A stretch of DNA of 64,000 bases from Fistulifera solaris (lineage: Eukaryota), in NCBI GenBank assembly GCA_030295235.1, contig AP026167.1, forward strand, positions 558,001 through 622,000. Reading direction: 5' to 3'. Numbering within the stretch: position 1 is the stretch's first letter; every line of letters begins with the position of its first letter. The notes under the pieces are model-generated. The model made no database searches. It was not told where the DNA came from and saw only the letters and a list, made by a program, of their open reading frames with translations. Positions 46,730 through 59,600 of this stretch are shown here, in pieces. The translations under genes were made by a program, and so were the position numbers.

Positions 46730-47800
46730 TTATGAAAAAGTCGGCATTCGGTGTTGTGCTTGTGTTATTGTCGCATCGTCGAAAGCGGTTTGTAAAAATT
46801 GTTCAAAGGCTGCCAGTAGTTCCAATCGCACAGGTTGTGATTCTTTCAACAGTTGCAATTGCTTCTTTTTGTAAGAAGACCTTCCGTCCGATGATTCAAT
46901 AGGAATAGCTGTAATTCCGTAAGCCGATGCATCATACGGACTCGCCGCCACATCCAGTCGTCGCGCCTGGACTGCCAAAGATAAACACCGTAGCTTCAAG
47001 TCTGCCGAAATGAACGGTTGCAGCTTTGTAATCATTTTAAACAAATCCATGGTAGCATGCAAGCAAGCCGGTTGCTCACTAATCAGCTGCTGGTCTCGGC
47101 TTACTAATGGAACTGTATTCAAGGGCAAAGCTGGCGGTGCAAAGAACCGCAATGCATCGTAATGTGTGCAGCAGACGCCATTCCTCTCAACCGCTGCATT
47201 CAACGTGTCGCGATCGACCCTTAATGGCAAATGTTTTTGATATTTTCCGCTTTGGGGTGGAGTACTACCGGGAGGATGGTATTGCATGGCCCATTCGTGT
47301 AAATTGTAGCAGTGCAGGACCGGGTCTTTCTGTGCCGATTGTTGCAACACTTTATGATACCACACAAACGCGGAGGCGGGGCCCACTAAATCTTCCGAAG
47401 ATAGATAGTAATTGGATGGGCAGTAAGAAATACCCGAAGATTGAACAGAAGCACCACGTAACGGCAATAAATCACCCAAATCATCCAGGGTGGCACCTTC
47501 CAGAAAGACCGGATAGGTCGGTAAGGACCATTGTTTCAGTTTGCGGACACCCTTGGCGCCCTTCATGCCGTAATATTCGATGAAAAAGTTGTAGACAGGA
47601 TGTTTTGCATCCAAGGTATCGGCTAATAAACCGGGTCGCAAGAGTTCGTGGACGTGTTCGGCGTGTTGAACTGCCGCAGTCCTCCACACAGACTCCCGAA
47701 GAATGGTCGTTGTAACCGCTCGGTGTGCGACTGTACTCATTCCAACAATACTCTTTGGTAACAGCAAAAGAAGCCCCACTGCAAAGCGATTCCGAAACAT
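46730..47800 (-). CDS. Homologue of an actinobacterial-type conserved protein often annotated '3-methyladenine DNA glycosylase'; N-terminal signal-like leader
   Basis: Motifs KHPVYNFFIEYY, CYNLHEWAMQY, LPLRV, CTHYDALRFF, EQPACLHATMDLFK and LDVAASPYD, recalled as characteristic of that family. The enzymatic annotation itself is uncertain. Confidence 0.65.
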   Translation of the reverse strand: MFRNRFAVGLLLLLPKSIVGMSTVAHRAVTTTILRESVWRTAAVQHAEHVHELLRPGLLADTLDAKHPVYNFFIEYYGMKGAKGVRKLKQWSLPTYPVFLEGATLDDLGDLLPLRGASVQSSGISYCPSNYYLSSEDLVGPASAFVWYHKVLQQSAQKDPVLHCYNLHEWAMQYHPPGSTPPQSGKYQKHLPLRVDRDTLNAAVERNGVCCTHYDALRFFAPPALPLNTVPLVSRDQQLISEQPACLHATMDLFKMITKLQPFISADLKLRCLSLAVQARRLDVAASPYDASAYGITAIPIESSDGRSSYKKKQLQLLKESQPVRLELLAAFEQFLQTAFDDATITQAQHRMPTFS

Positions 47801-48009
47801 GTTAGAGCATGTTAGTAGCTTCAATATCAATTGCTAAAGATGATGGAATAATAATAGCAATGGTTGGTTGTTCCCTCCTCTACTACTACGTATTATCGCC
47901 TTGAAAAAATAAACAGATTTTACTTAAGGAAATGACACGAAAGGTATGAATTGTAGTTAGCAAATTAAAACCACTTCATGGCTATTCTTGAGAGTCTACA
48001 AAATTAACG

Positions 48010-48293
48010 TACCTGGTAGTACATTAAATCCGTACGTGCTCGTGGCACTCGATCGTTTTAAGGTTATCCACCTTTTAAACCCGATAATATAAATACCAGG
48101 TACAAAGTAGGATGATTAATCCTTACATAAAATCCGTAGGGGTGCTCGTGGCAATCAATCGTATTAAGGTTATCCACCTTTTAACCCGATAACCTTAATA
48201 GGATGAGTACATAAAATTCGTACGGGTGCTCGTGGCTCGTGGCACTCGATCGCATTAAGGTTATCCACCTTTTAAACCCGATAACCTTAATAG
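48010..48293. repeat. Three tandem ~85-105-bp units, each with a TAAGGTTATC...GATAA(CCTTAAT) inverted repeat
   Basis: Units start TACAT at 48020, 48124 and 48208. Shared core GTGCTCGTGGCA...TAAGGTTATCCACCTTTTAA(A)CCCGATAA. Perfect 12-13-bp stems in units 2 and 3. Confidence 0.88.
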
Positions 48294-48553
48294 TGTGAGT
48301 GATATTGGCTTTGCTTTAAGGATTTCCCTCTACACAAACACTGGTTGTTGTGGAGTGGCTTAAGTAAAATCCGTGGCTTTTCACAAGGGGATAGGGGATA
48401 CCTGGTACTTCTGGTACCGGTAAAAGGTTTATTGAAAGGCAAAAATCGAAAAAGTCGGGTTCGGTTGCACTGCATGGGAGATTTCTACGTAAATTGAATT
48501 GTACCAGGTAATGAATAAATCCATGACGCATATATGAACAAACGTTTATAGTC

Positions 48554-51500
48554 ATGGATGCGAATAAGGAAAAAGAACTGTTCGACGGGGAGGAGGAGGA
48601 CGACGAAGAAGAGGAAGAGGTTTTCGCGGAAGAAGACGCCGAGAATAGTGACGAGGATCCTGTCGCGGAAGGTGATGCTTTGCCCGCAAAAGACATAGAA
48701 CCGTCCTACAAGAAAGCTAATAGCCTTCACTTCTTTACACTGTGTAGGCGACTCGAAGGCTTATGGAAAGCGACTCGTGGTCGAATCAAGAAAAAGAATA
48801 TAAAGCTCGAGAGGGCTGACAAACTGCGTGCCATCCTACCGGAAACACTTTTGGATTATCTCTCGACTCCTCTTGTTCCCGGCGGTCCACCGGAATCTGC
48901 TTTCCCCCTCATTCGGTTGCTTATACCCGACAAAGACGCGAGCCGCTACTTCAACGCGAAAGAAAACACAATCGCGATGACCTATGCTGGTGCTTTTCAA
49001 CTATCCAAGCGACCGGGAGGTCCGTACGAGATGTTGGCGCATTTTAGAGAACCTAACATTGTGAATGATCCGGCAGCGGTGGGAGATTTCGCACTAGTGG
49101 TGAAGAAGGTCTTGAAGGATCGCATCGTGCATGATAAAACGGAGAAGAGCGGGTCGGATTGGACCGTTGGTGATATCAATTACTTCTTGGACGAGCTCGC
49201 GAACCTTAAGCACAAATCAGTCGCCGCCAAAGCGACGCAAGGAGCAAATGCGAAGTCGTTGAAAGATTTGCGCATCGAACTATTTCGAGAGCTGAGTAAG
49301 CCGCGAAGTAAAGATGGCGCGCCGCTGTCCCCTTTGGAGCATTGTTGGTTGGTAAGAATCATTCAACAAGACATGAAATTCGGTGTTGGATGGCGTAATC
49401 TGGTAAGTAATAGGAGCGCAGCGACCATGAAAGCTCATTATTTCGCTTAGAGCTGACATTGCCTTGGTGAAAGCTAGAATGGTTTCACAAGCATGCGGCG
49501 ACTCTCTACGATGCCCACACCAGCTTAAAAGCCATCTGCAAGACTCTGTGTCTTCCCTGACTTTGTAGGGAATCATGGGCTAGAAAGTGCCGACGCCGAT
49601 GCCGACCCCGACAAACCGAGCACATCCTACATTATCTCGTCAAATGTTAGTTTAACCTTTGGAAGACCGTTCAAACCAATGCTTTCGGCGAAAACCTCCT
49701 TTGAGAAGTGTCTGGATGATATTTCGAATAGGCATCGTGTCTTTGTCAATAAGCTGCCAGATGCTCACCCGCTTCACCAAAGTCTCACCTTTCGAAATCC
49801 AGTCTTCTCAATTGAAACAAAACTAGATGGTGAGAGAATGATCGTTCATGCTAGCCGAAATGGCACCATTAAGATTCATTCTAGAGTGGGAAACTGGTAT
49901 AGGTGAGTCGAATCCTCTATCGTTTTGAAAAGATCAAATATAAAAAGCGTCACCTAAATTCCTTTCCTTCTCATTTGGCAGTGACCTGTACAGCCCAGTC
50001 TTGGGCCCTGCATTGCGACGCGCACTTGCTGGAAACGAAATAGATGTGTGAGTATCGTGTACTTGGCGCGCCTTCCTTTTGACTAATTGGCCGTCCCTGA
50101 CTTTGCATCGTTTCCCTTTAACTTCAGTGTTTTGGATGGAGAGATTCTTGCATATGATGCCGGCAGAAAGGAAACCATCCCATTCGGGCAGAACAGGACT
50201 GTCGCTAATCTTCGAAGACAGTGGATGCAGCGATCCAACATAATTGATGAACGTGACACTCTCCGGCACGATGCGGATAAGCATGACAATATCATTACCA
50301 CGAATCATGTGGCTAACAGGATGCATGTGTCGTCCGATGCAGACCTGGCTGGCGAGGAATGTTGGCTGCAGTTTGTTGCTTTTGATATTTTGTACATCAA
50401 TGGACCTGACGCTTCCCGTCTCCTCGAAGAAACAGTGTCGTCTCATATTGTACCTCGTCCCGAACCAGGTGCAATCACTAGTCTTGATGGGATTGAAAGA
50501 AAGCGACTATTATACAGAGTCCTCCAACAACAAGAAAATGAAGTGCAAATTGTGGCCACTTGGGTGATTCGTCCTGACGGTGAGTTGATTGAAGGGTCGA
50601 ACTACTTTCGCTTCAATAATCCACTCTGTGATTTTGGCTATTGTAAGACGGATCTTGATTCAATTTCTTGGACACTTTCTCAAGACAAAGCGACAATATT
50701 CAATCTTGAGCAGGAAAGACGCCATCGTCTTAGAAACAGTAGCGTAAGCGAAGCACGGGCATGTGCCGTCAACGAAATTTACGGCAAGATGGTGGAGGAC
50801 CAACGAATGGAAGGCCTCGTTTTCAAGGATTTATCTTGCCCTTATTTTCTTGGGGATGAGTCGAGAAGTCTTGCTTATTGGCACAAATTCAAGCCGGATT
50901 ATCACAATGGTTCCAGTGCTAGCGATTTAGACTTAGTCATAATCGGCGCCTACTTCGCTTCGGGCCTTCGCCTTGCCGGAATGCCCTCAAGCTTCCTCTG
51001 TGCATGCGTTGACTCAAAGGACTCAGAAGTTTTCTTCCCTCTTTGTAAAGTCAACGCGGGCTCAATGAGACAGGAGGTGCTACATGACCTATTTAGGAGC
51101 ACAGGATTAACAAAAAATGGCGAGACAGGGAAATACGTCATCGGTCAAAAATGGTATAAAGAACAAAACCGGAATATTCCTGACTTCGTGACAACCAGAA
51201 CCTATCAGCCAAATGTCCAATCTGGCTGGAAAGTGCGAAGCACCGATTACCCCGATTTATGGATTCATCCTTTGGACTCAAGAATCATAACCCTGAATGC
51301 TGGTATGTCTTTATTGTGGAATGTTGACTTGGTGTACTTGGTTACTCACCAAATTAAGTGTGGTTCAAAACAGGTGAAATCGTATCGAGCGACGCTTTTT
51401 CTGCTGGTGTCACACTTAGATTTCCACGTGTCACTGCACTCCGGGATGTTTCAGAAAAGAATGTGTCTGATGTCGAAACCGAATTTCAGCTATGGTCAAT

Positions 51501-52745
51501 TTATCAGGAGACACTAGCTAGTCGCTCTGATATCGTGACCGGCATCACCTTCTCGTCTCCGGCAAACAATAGCAATGGTGCCCGAAATATTCTGTGTAGA
51601 TTCTTGACAGAGGAGCAACTGAATGGATCCAAAAAGAAGAAAACCAAGTCGCGTGCAAAGAGAGAAACGCCGGGCGTGAATATGGCAGATCTCGTGGAGA
51701 AAGTAGAAAGCGATCGTTTGGCTGGGATGGTTATATTCGTTCTTGAGGGGACTTATCTGCTTGACGAAAACTTCATTTACGATGAGGAAGCCAAAGAATC
51801 TGGTTGGCTTGAAGAAGCGAAAAAATTAGATCAAGCCAGGATCTTCAAGTATTCATCAGAAAACATTCGGGGACAGTTTATTCTAACGCCGATACAAAAG
51901 CTGTAGTAGTAGCCGATGGAAGATCTCTCGTAGTAGGCGGGCGGAAGGATGACGCGCGGGTGGTTTCACATATCCAAGCCATAAAAAACTATCGTTCCGA
52001 GGTCGAGGGCTGGCATGGCAAAAAGCCCAAAACTAAGCGTGCCAGCGATGTCGAACTATTAGCCGCGCGAAAGGGCGTTGTGCGATGGAGCTACCTCTTT
52101 TCACTAGTCTATGGCTCAAGATCCACTGACCCTAAAATTATGGACTACTTGGTTTTCGCTTCACCAGCTGGTGATCCTACGAACTACTTTTTGACCAATG
52201 TTTGTACAGAAGAAATTCGGTCCACAACTTACCTTCAGCGCGTCCTCGCTACTCTCTCCGATTGCAGAAGAACACGGCCTGAGTTGTTATCATGGCAGGA
52301 TCAGACCGAACAATTTCTCGACCCATCGGAGCGATGGATCGTTGCGTCGAAGTACCAGAGTTTGTGGCCATACCGAAAATCAGAAGCAATAGTCAAACAA
52401 TCTGAAGTATTTTACATTCCTAATGATAGACTGATCGGCGAAAATTCTTTATCTCGCTCCTCGGCAGGTACGATGTATGACTCCTTGATTCCGCTTATTC
52501 GAGTGATGGGTGCTCGAGCTACGTTCGAGTTGACTACTGATGTAACGTATGTGACCTGTGACTTAGTTGAACGGGAAGATATTGCATTCAGACACGACTT
52601 GAGTCCCAGCATATTCTCTGACACGGAAACGGGACGTGATCTACTCATCATGCTGAAGCACTTTTGCATGCAGCACGAGAAAGATGATATCCGCTTGATT
52701 TCTCCTACTACGATTCGAAAACGGAAGTGGTGCGATGTCATTTGA
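48554..52745 (+). CDS. LIG4: ATP-dependent DNA ligase IV with C-terminal BRCT-like region; introns 49403..49473, 49903..49981, 50048..50127, 51303..51373; A-run indel ~51822
   Basis: FPLIRLLIPDKD, GDFA, WLVRIIQQDMKFG, KPMLS, adenylation motif ETKLDGER, LDGE, FVAFDILY, EGLVFKD, WHKFKPDY, DLDLVIIGAY, PDLWIHP, TLRFPR. Confidence 0.92.
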
Positions 52746-52989
52746 TATGTGAACAATAGATTGCTGATGACTTGATCGACAACCTTTCTGCCCCCATCAG
52801 TGTCTAGACTATTGTTGCTCTTTTAATTCAATCCTATCGACTTACGCCTTTTTAAAGTCGTAACTTTCTAGCACTTTGTTCTGGTAGACAAAATTAGCTA
52901 AGTGCTGTGAGGATTCCTTGCACGCCCGTAAGTCAGAAGGTACGTTCGTGATCATTATTAAAAGAAGCACATTTGAGCAATCTCTACTA

Positions 52990-54039
52990 TTACTTTTTCT
53001 TGGCTCGTTGAAGCTTTTTTAATTCTAACTCCCGCTCCCACTCCGCACGTACCAACTTAAATAGTTCCATAGTTGCTGTAGCATCTGTTACAGAATCGTG
53101 CGAGTCGGCTTGAAAATCCGGAAGTTCCAAATTCTCCCTTACAAGATCCCGTAGCTTTCTGGGTCGCCATTTGTTTCCGCCGTACCGTTGAAAAGGTCGG
53201 TACTTCGATGTGTCTCTAACGTCACTGTGCACTAACATCAGTGCTTTGAAGTCATTCTTCAAGGCGTGTCCCACGACAACTTTATTTTGTATCAATTTCG
53301 CAACCGTTTCCCGGCATCTTTCCACTTCCATGGCATCTGTCTTCAGGTGCTTGGGCTGAACGCCCGATACCCACGTACGGAAATCTGTAACTCGAGTGGG
53401 CACTTTCACGAATGTGTCGAGAACGACCTTTCCATACCAATCGACCAATGATACTCGGGCCAATACGGATGTTTTGCCGGAGTCACCAATACCCACCATC
53501 TCACAATCCAATGCAACGTATTTTTGCTTATATTCTTCCGAAAGACTGGCCTCCAATGTCTCACGTTTTTCACGCTGAGCTTGTTTTTCTTTCTCCAATT
53601 TCTCCAGTTTCACGAGTTCGTTGAGAATCGGAAACGGCTTCTTCTTTGACTTGTTCTTTGCTCGATTATCACTCTGTTGCGAACCAGTAATAGTGTCCTC
53701 GTTAGGATCTCTAAATTCGAGTTTGTTGGGGTCCTCGCCGGCATTCTTTGCTTTACGCCGACATTCTTTCCGAAATTTCTTCTTCTCTTGTGCTGTCTTC
53801 AGTTCTGCAGGTATCACAATAACATTACTGCCTTCATGCAATCGTGGTCGCTTTAAGCTTTTCAAATCGTCTTCCTGTGTTGAGCTTTCCTGCAAAAGCC
53901 GCTTCTTGGACACAGCTTCTTCCTCGCGTTGCTCGTCATGCGACGTTGACTCGCTGGCATTTTGTTGATCGCCCAGCTTTTGCTTTTTCCGACGTCGCCC
54001 GCGCATCAGCTGTTTCTGCTTCTTTGTAAAGAAAGCCAT
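52990..54039 (-). CDS. REX4: RNA exonuclease 4 (DEDDh)
   Basis: VALDCEMVG, ARVSLVD, DFRTWVSG, VVGHALKNDF, RDTSKY, HDSVTDA; basic N-terminus. Confidence 0.9.
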   Translation of the reverse strand: MAFFTKKQKQLMRGRRRKKQKLGDQQNASESTSHDEQREEEAVSKKRLLQESSTQEDDLKSLKRPRLHEGSNVIVIPAELKTAQEKKKFRKECRRKAKNAGEDPNKLEFRDPNEDTITGSQQSDNRAKNKSKKKPFPILNELVKLEKLEKEKQAQREKRETLEASLSEEYKQKYVALDCEMVGIGDSGKTSVLARVSLVDWYGKVVLDTFVKVPTRVTDFRTWVSGVQPKHLKTDAMEVERCRETVAKLIQNKVVVGHALKNDFKALMLVHSDVRDTSKYRPFQRYGGNKWRPRKLRDLVRENLELPDFQADSHDSVTDATATMELFKLVRAEWERELELKKLQRAKKK

Positions 54040-54687
54040 GTTATGGAACTGTGTTAATTACTGATTAGATAACGCATTCACTTCACAACACTTGAAAGGG
54101 CTGGTCCGGAATTTATTGTCGTTGATGCACTTTTTGGTTGGTTATGCGCGGACGGATTTTTAGGCATCCACTGAGTCACGAGCGTGATCAAAAGGAAACC
54201 GGACAAAAACAGACGTAAATTCACGACTGAACTCCAGTCGTGTGGCTAGACACGGACCCAACGTCGATTTGAGAGCATCGACTATAGGTTTGCGACGTAA
54301 ACAATATCCGAGAAAGAAAATATAATTGATCATACCAGAAGTTTGACGTATCTAAGAAGAATTATCTCAATATTCTTCAATGTCAGCAAAAACACAGATC
54401 TACAGTCTCTAATTCGACGAAATGAATCAACATTGGCGCTGCATCTTGTCATTCACGGCCCACTTGATAGTTTCCTATGAATTTTTAAACTAAGAAAAGG
54501 AGAAGAGGATTATCATCTTCCAAGTTTTAGAGACGCAAGGAATCGGCGGGTGGAACGTAAAGTATGTCCTTTGTTGACAGAGGAAATGTCAACAGTTTCT
54601 AAACAAAAGAAGCATCTCGCTAGAAAAAATGCTAGACTAGTAATGCATGCTATAAGTAGTACTATGGGCTATGAATAGACAAAACAA

Positions 54688-56177
54688 CTAGCTTTCATGG
54701 TTGTGAAGGACAACCGTTTCGAGCGTCTGGCACCGTTTTTCCAAGCGATCGAAATAGAGGGCAGCTGTTTGCTCCAATTCGTCTCTCATGGCCCGGTGTG
54801 TCGCCTCCATTTCTTCCCTCTTTTTTTCAAGTAATGTTTGGAGATGCAAAACTTCGGCCTCCCCCTGCTTGCACGCGAGACATATCCAGCCGACGGTCTT
54901 TCTCTACTTGAAGCAAGGATGCTTTTGCTGCATCGATAGCTTCTTGTACAGCTTGTTGCTGCACTTGTTGCTGTTGTTTCTGATGAACAGCCATTTCTTG
55001 CACTCGATTCAGCTCTCGTTCGGCCAATATAATCGCTTGTTGTGTTTCAGATCGACGCTTTTCATTTGCGTGGAATTGAGTGCAGCTCGTTTTGCATTCG
55101 TTCTCCAAGTCACTTTGCTGCATCGCGATTTGTTCGACGTCGTTCAGCTTCTCAGTAGCTGATTTTACATCCTGTTTCAACGCCATTGCACGGACAATCA
55201 TACCCTTACATTCACCAATCTCTTTCTCGAGTTGCTGGGCTTCGTCCTTTATTTGCTGAACTTGCTCGCGACGATGCGCTACTTGAGACATGCGGCGATC
55301 TGGACTAGAGACAATCCGATGGCGCAAGTTCTCTTCCTCAGCTTGTGCTTCTTCTAAAGCCCAACCAGCTGTAGTAAGTTGATCCGCGAGTTCGTTTGCT
55401 TGCTTCTTCAAGACGGCCGCCTCCTCACGAGCTGCTGCTTGTTGGCGGTTCTTGCGAGTGATTTCCAATTCGAGCTCCTCGCACTCATTAATAACTTCTT
55501 GCATTTCCTGGCTTTTGAATGCAGAATCCTGTTCTTTCTCTTCAAGCAGGGCGTGCAGTTTAGCGTTTTCTTCTTTGAGTTCCTCCAGATTAGCAATCAT
55601 GTGGTCACGCTGAATTTCGATTGATGAGAGACAAATATCAAGATCGGTAAGCTCGCCAAGCACAAACACTTACCGGCTCACGTAGCTCCGCGTAGATTTG
55701 GAGCTGCGATTCACGAAACTTTGCCAAATTAATGATAGCGGACAGCTGAAATCGGAGACGCTTCGGCTCGGGGTGATACAAATCGCGCCACGAAAATTCA
55801 TAGTAGCCACAAACCGACATGAGCTGCTGCAGAGCCTCAAAAAGTTCCATTCATTGAAATTTCCGTCGTGTAGATCTGGGTATGCCACCTTATTTGCGGA
55901 GAAGTTGAGCGGCTTTTCAAAGTCTTCTTCTGTTTTACCCGCGCAAAGCCAAAGCTGTAATAAGGTTGAGTCAGAGCTAAACTTTAGCCATACAATGCAT
56001 CCATTCTGTACGTACCAGCTGAGTGAACACTTGTCGGAGTTTCTCTCGATGTTTTGCTGGTTCAAGAAGCTCGGTCTTGGAAAAGTCGATACCCAACTCC
56101 TCCAAGCATTCCAAAATGTTGGAGTTTTTGAGTACGGGAAAAATCATAGCGGGAGCGGATGATGTTGTCAAGTCCAT
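54688..56177 (-). CDS. NUF2: Kinetochore protein Nuf2; introns 55955..56015, 55610..55673; indel ~54862
   Basis: FPVLKNSNILECLEELGI...LLEP, YPDLH, EFSWRDLYHPEPKRLRFQLSAIINLAKFRE, then a long coiled coil with IVSSPDR. Confidence 0.9.
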
Positions 56178-56683
56178 GGTTACTGCTATCTTTCAATTCA
56201 AGGAGGCGAAAAGGGGATCACAATGTTGAAACGAATGACAACGATTACAGAATTAGTCGGTGAAGCGAAATGAAGGTGTAATGATAAATGGCAAAAAGAG
56301 ACCGAAAACAGCGGTTCTGTTGTCGGCGCGCGCGATGTTTCTTTTATGGTTTATTGGGTTGCATAGATCATAAATAAAAATTAAGTCTATCACTGTTTCC
56401 GTTGAATTCACCTGTCACATTACAATAAAGCTTACTTGTAAAATAATAGTCGTTGAAATGGTGTCACGTTTCTTACATAAGGGCTATGTTTGAACACCCA
56501 CCTTAATGAGGACAAAACTCGTCCTTCACAAGTTTCGGCTATGAAGGCTCCACGCCTTTTGTGGTGAACACTGCAAAGCCATGATTATTATTTCTTTCTG
56601 CATCTTCATCATCGTTGCTTCGAAGCGACCGCCTGACAGCTCACTTCAGTCGGAACAGAACTGTGTTTGATCAAATTTTTAAA

Positions 56684-59600
56684 ATGAGTAGCGACAATGA
56701 CTCAGAAATTGAATGCTGGGATGCCGAAAAGCCATCAACCTCGAACCCATCTCGTGCGACTAAAGTCGCCCCTGCGAGAGGAGCCTACAATGCTGATGTA
56801 GAACTTTCCTGCAGGTCCACACAACCCTCACCCGAGTCTACTCGGAAACGAAAGCTATTGGACATGCTTTCTGCTTTGCATCGTCAAGTACCGTCACATA
56901 AGTCTCCACCAAGTCGCCATGCGGATAGCGATCTGATCGATTTGACCGAAGACAACATTGACGTCGACATTCCCAATGGGCATGATTCTGATAGTGAGAG
57001 TAGTAGCGATACAGAGGTAGAGCAAGAACTTCCAAGCGCGAAAGCGGCTGCTGCGAAAAGAGTAGGGGACGTTGCATTTAGGAAACCAGCCTCCTCATTT
57101 GTCGAAAAGCCCACTTGGCCATCCTTGTCCCGTCACTCGAAGTCTTCCCAACAATCCGCTTTGAAAGCGCAACATGACGACGTTATTGATTTGACTTTTG
57201 ATGAAGATGATTCTTCTGTCGATTCCAGGCATGGTCCACCTCCTTCTGAATCAGAGAAATCTGCAGCTGCACCTTCACATATCAACCTCACTAGCGCAAA
57301 AGCCCCTTCGGCCGATGATTCTTCGTCGTCCGAAGGCAGTCGGCTTAAAACGAAAGCTTCCACTCCGAAAAAGCTGAATTATCGGCAAAGCAGCGACGAA
57401 TCTTCTCGATTATCCGGGTCGTCGCTTGGTGTCGGAGTGAAAAACAAAGCTTCATTGGCGATAATCAAAGCGGCTCGGCCGAGAAGAAATTTTTATCGTG
57501 ACGATGATGATAGCGACTCAAATTTTTCCTCTATTGCTTCGCAAAACAAGGAATCGGATAACGGCGCCAAGAATCCAGATACTCGTGTTGAAATAGTAAT
57601 TGATCTTTTCGATAACGACGACAGCGATACGTTTTTTCCATCGATCGCCACGCAAAATGCTGCTTCACAAAGCCACGGTGACGAAAACGATTCACAAGCA
57701 GAACGCCACGCGCTTCGAGGTTCTATGAGTGGTAGCATGAAAAGCGTCACGGACTCGCCTGCTTGGAGTGACACTAGCGCTAGCATGGTCGACGAAAAGC
57801 TTGAAGTTGGGAATATGAAGCCAAATCAGTCAAACGGACTTTCTGACATGATGACGAGCCATAAAAGCATGTCCAAAAGTCTTATAAAAAGAGTGAGGCC
57901 TTGTAAAGGTACGAGGACAAGTGCACCGAGAGCTGAGATCGATGATAATGATCCCGATTGGCATGCGAGCTTGTCCGTTGGTTCAGAGATGTCAGGTCAG
58001 CGAAACGAATGTTCTACGACTACGACGGAGAAGAGAAACATATCCGAACGTGTTAGAAAACGTGTGAGATCTTGTAAAAGCACGAGGACAGCAGCACCCA
58101 AAACTTATATTGATGTTATTGACATCGCTTGGAATGCAAGCTCGTCCGTTCCTTCCGAGATGTCATATCAGCGAAACGATCACTCTGAGATTAGAACGGA
58201 CATTAGAAACATGTCCAAAGGTATTATCAGGCAACTGAGACCTTGTAAAGGTACGAGGGCAGCAGCAACCGAAACTATTATCGATAATGTTGACATCGAT
58301 TGGAAGAGGAGCTCGTTTGTCGGTCAGCCAAACGAATGTTCTGATAATACGGCGGGGCAAAGAACCAATGCTGGTAAGGAAAAATTGACGCCGCATAGAG
58401 GGTTGCAGCCAATAAGACCACTTGTCGAGTCGGATGAGATTGATAGTGATTGGAATGGGAGCTCTTCTGTTCGTTCGGATGTGTCAAATCAGCTAAATGA
58501 AAGTTCTGTCAGGATAACTGACAAAAGAAACACTCAAGTAGTGTTTTAAAACAAGTGTGGCCTTTAAAGGGGGCGGAGAGACTAGTTGTGGAGACAGAAG
58601 AGATTGATTCAGATTGGGACACAGATGTGTCCCAGGAGTTTGAGGAAAACGAAGTGGATTTCGCGGCTTGCCTAGCCTCAGTTTGTAGAGCAACTGGTAC
58701 AAATGGCCACCCCATACGATACTACTCTGTTTACGGAGGTGATGATGGTAAGAAAAAAAAACGATATTTGACCTCTCTCGGGCCAATCTCATTTGAAGTT
58801 CTTTTTATAGATGTTCTATACGATTTCCGCCTATTTGTTGACAAATCAAATATTCCCAATGCAGGAATGGGTGCATTTTTAACCTACATGGGAGCTCGAA
58901 AAATAAACAAGGACTCCGCAACGCATAAGCTTTGTACTGATCTTTTGTTGATTACGATTATGAAGAGCCTGAGACTTTGTCGCATCTGGTTGCCATTATG
59001 CCAGATGGCATGACGAAAACGGTGAAGCTTGATGGAGACAATCTGCATGCAAATTACAACTGCATATACTACCCGTCGACGAAAAGAGACCAACGCAAAA
59101 CCCTTTCGACCAAAAATAAATGACAAAAAGATAAGGATCAAGGTCGTCGGAGAGTGTCTGGATACTTTTCACGAACTGAAAGATCGGCCGAAAGATGGAA
59201 TCGGACACTTGGGGATGTACCGCGAAGAGGATTACGAGCATGTGTCAGGAGTTCATTGCAATTCGGACCTGCTCATTGAACTAGATGCGCCGTATGCTCC
59301 CCTGAGTCCGAGCGGTGAGTCATTCACAAAGAATAGAAAAGGACTTCATTGACATGCATCTCACTCTTGCATCTTAAGATCGAAAAACGGCCACACTATT
59401 TGATATCAAATCGTTTCTTTTCGACAATGAACCTTCGGCGTGGGCATTTGATGTCGAGGAAAATATACTCGGACAATTGCAGATTTGTGACATCACAGAT
59501 GATATGACGGGAGAGCCACATGTTTACGCGAGAGCAGAAATTCCCATGTACGTCAATGAAGTCGGTCACTCTGGCGTAGAAGCGAATGTTTATGTAAAGG

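Noticed and set aside
48010..48293. CRISPR array
   Set aside because: Whole units are homologous with no unique spacers, there are no cas genes, and the context is eukaryotic.
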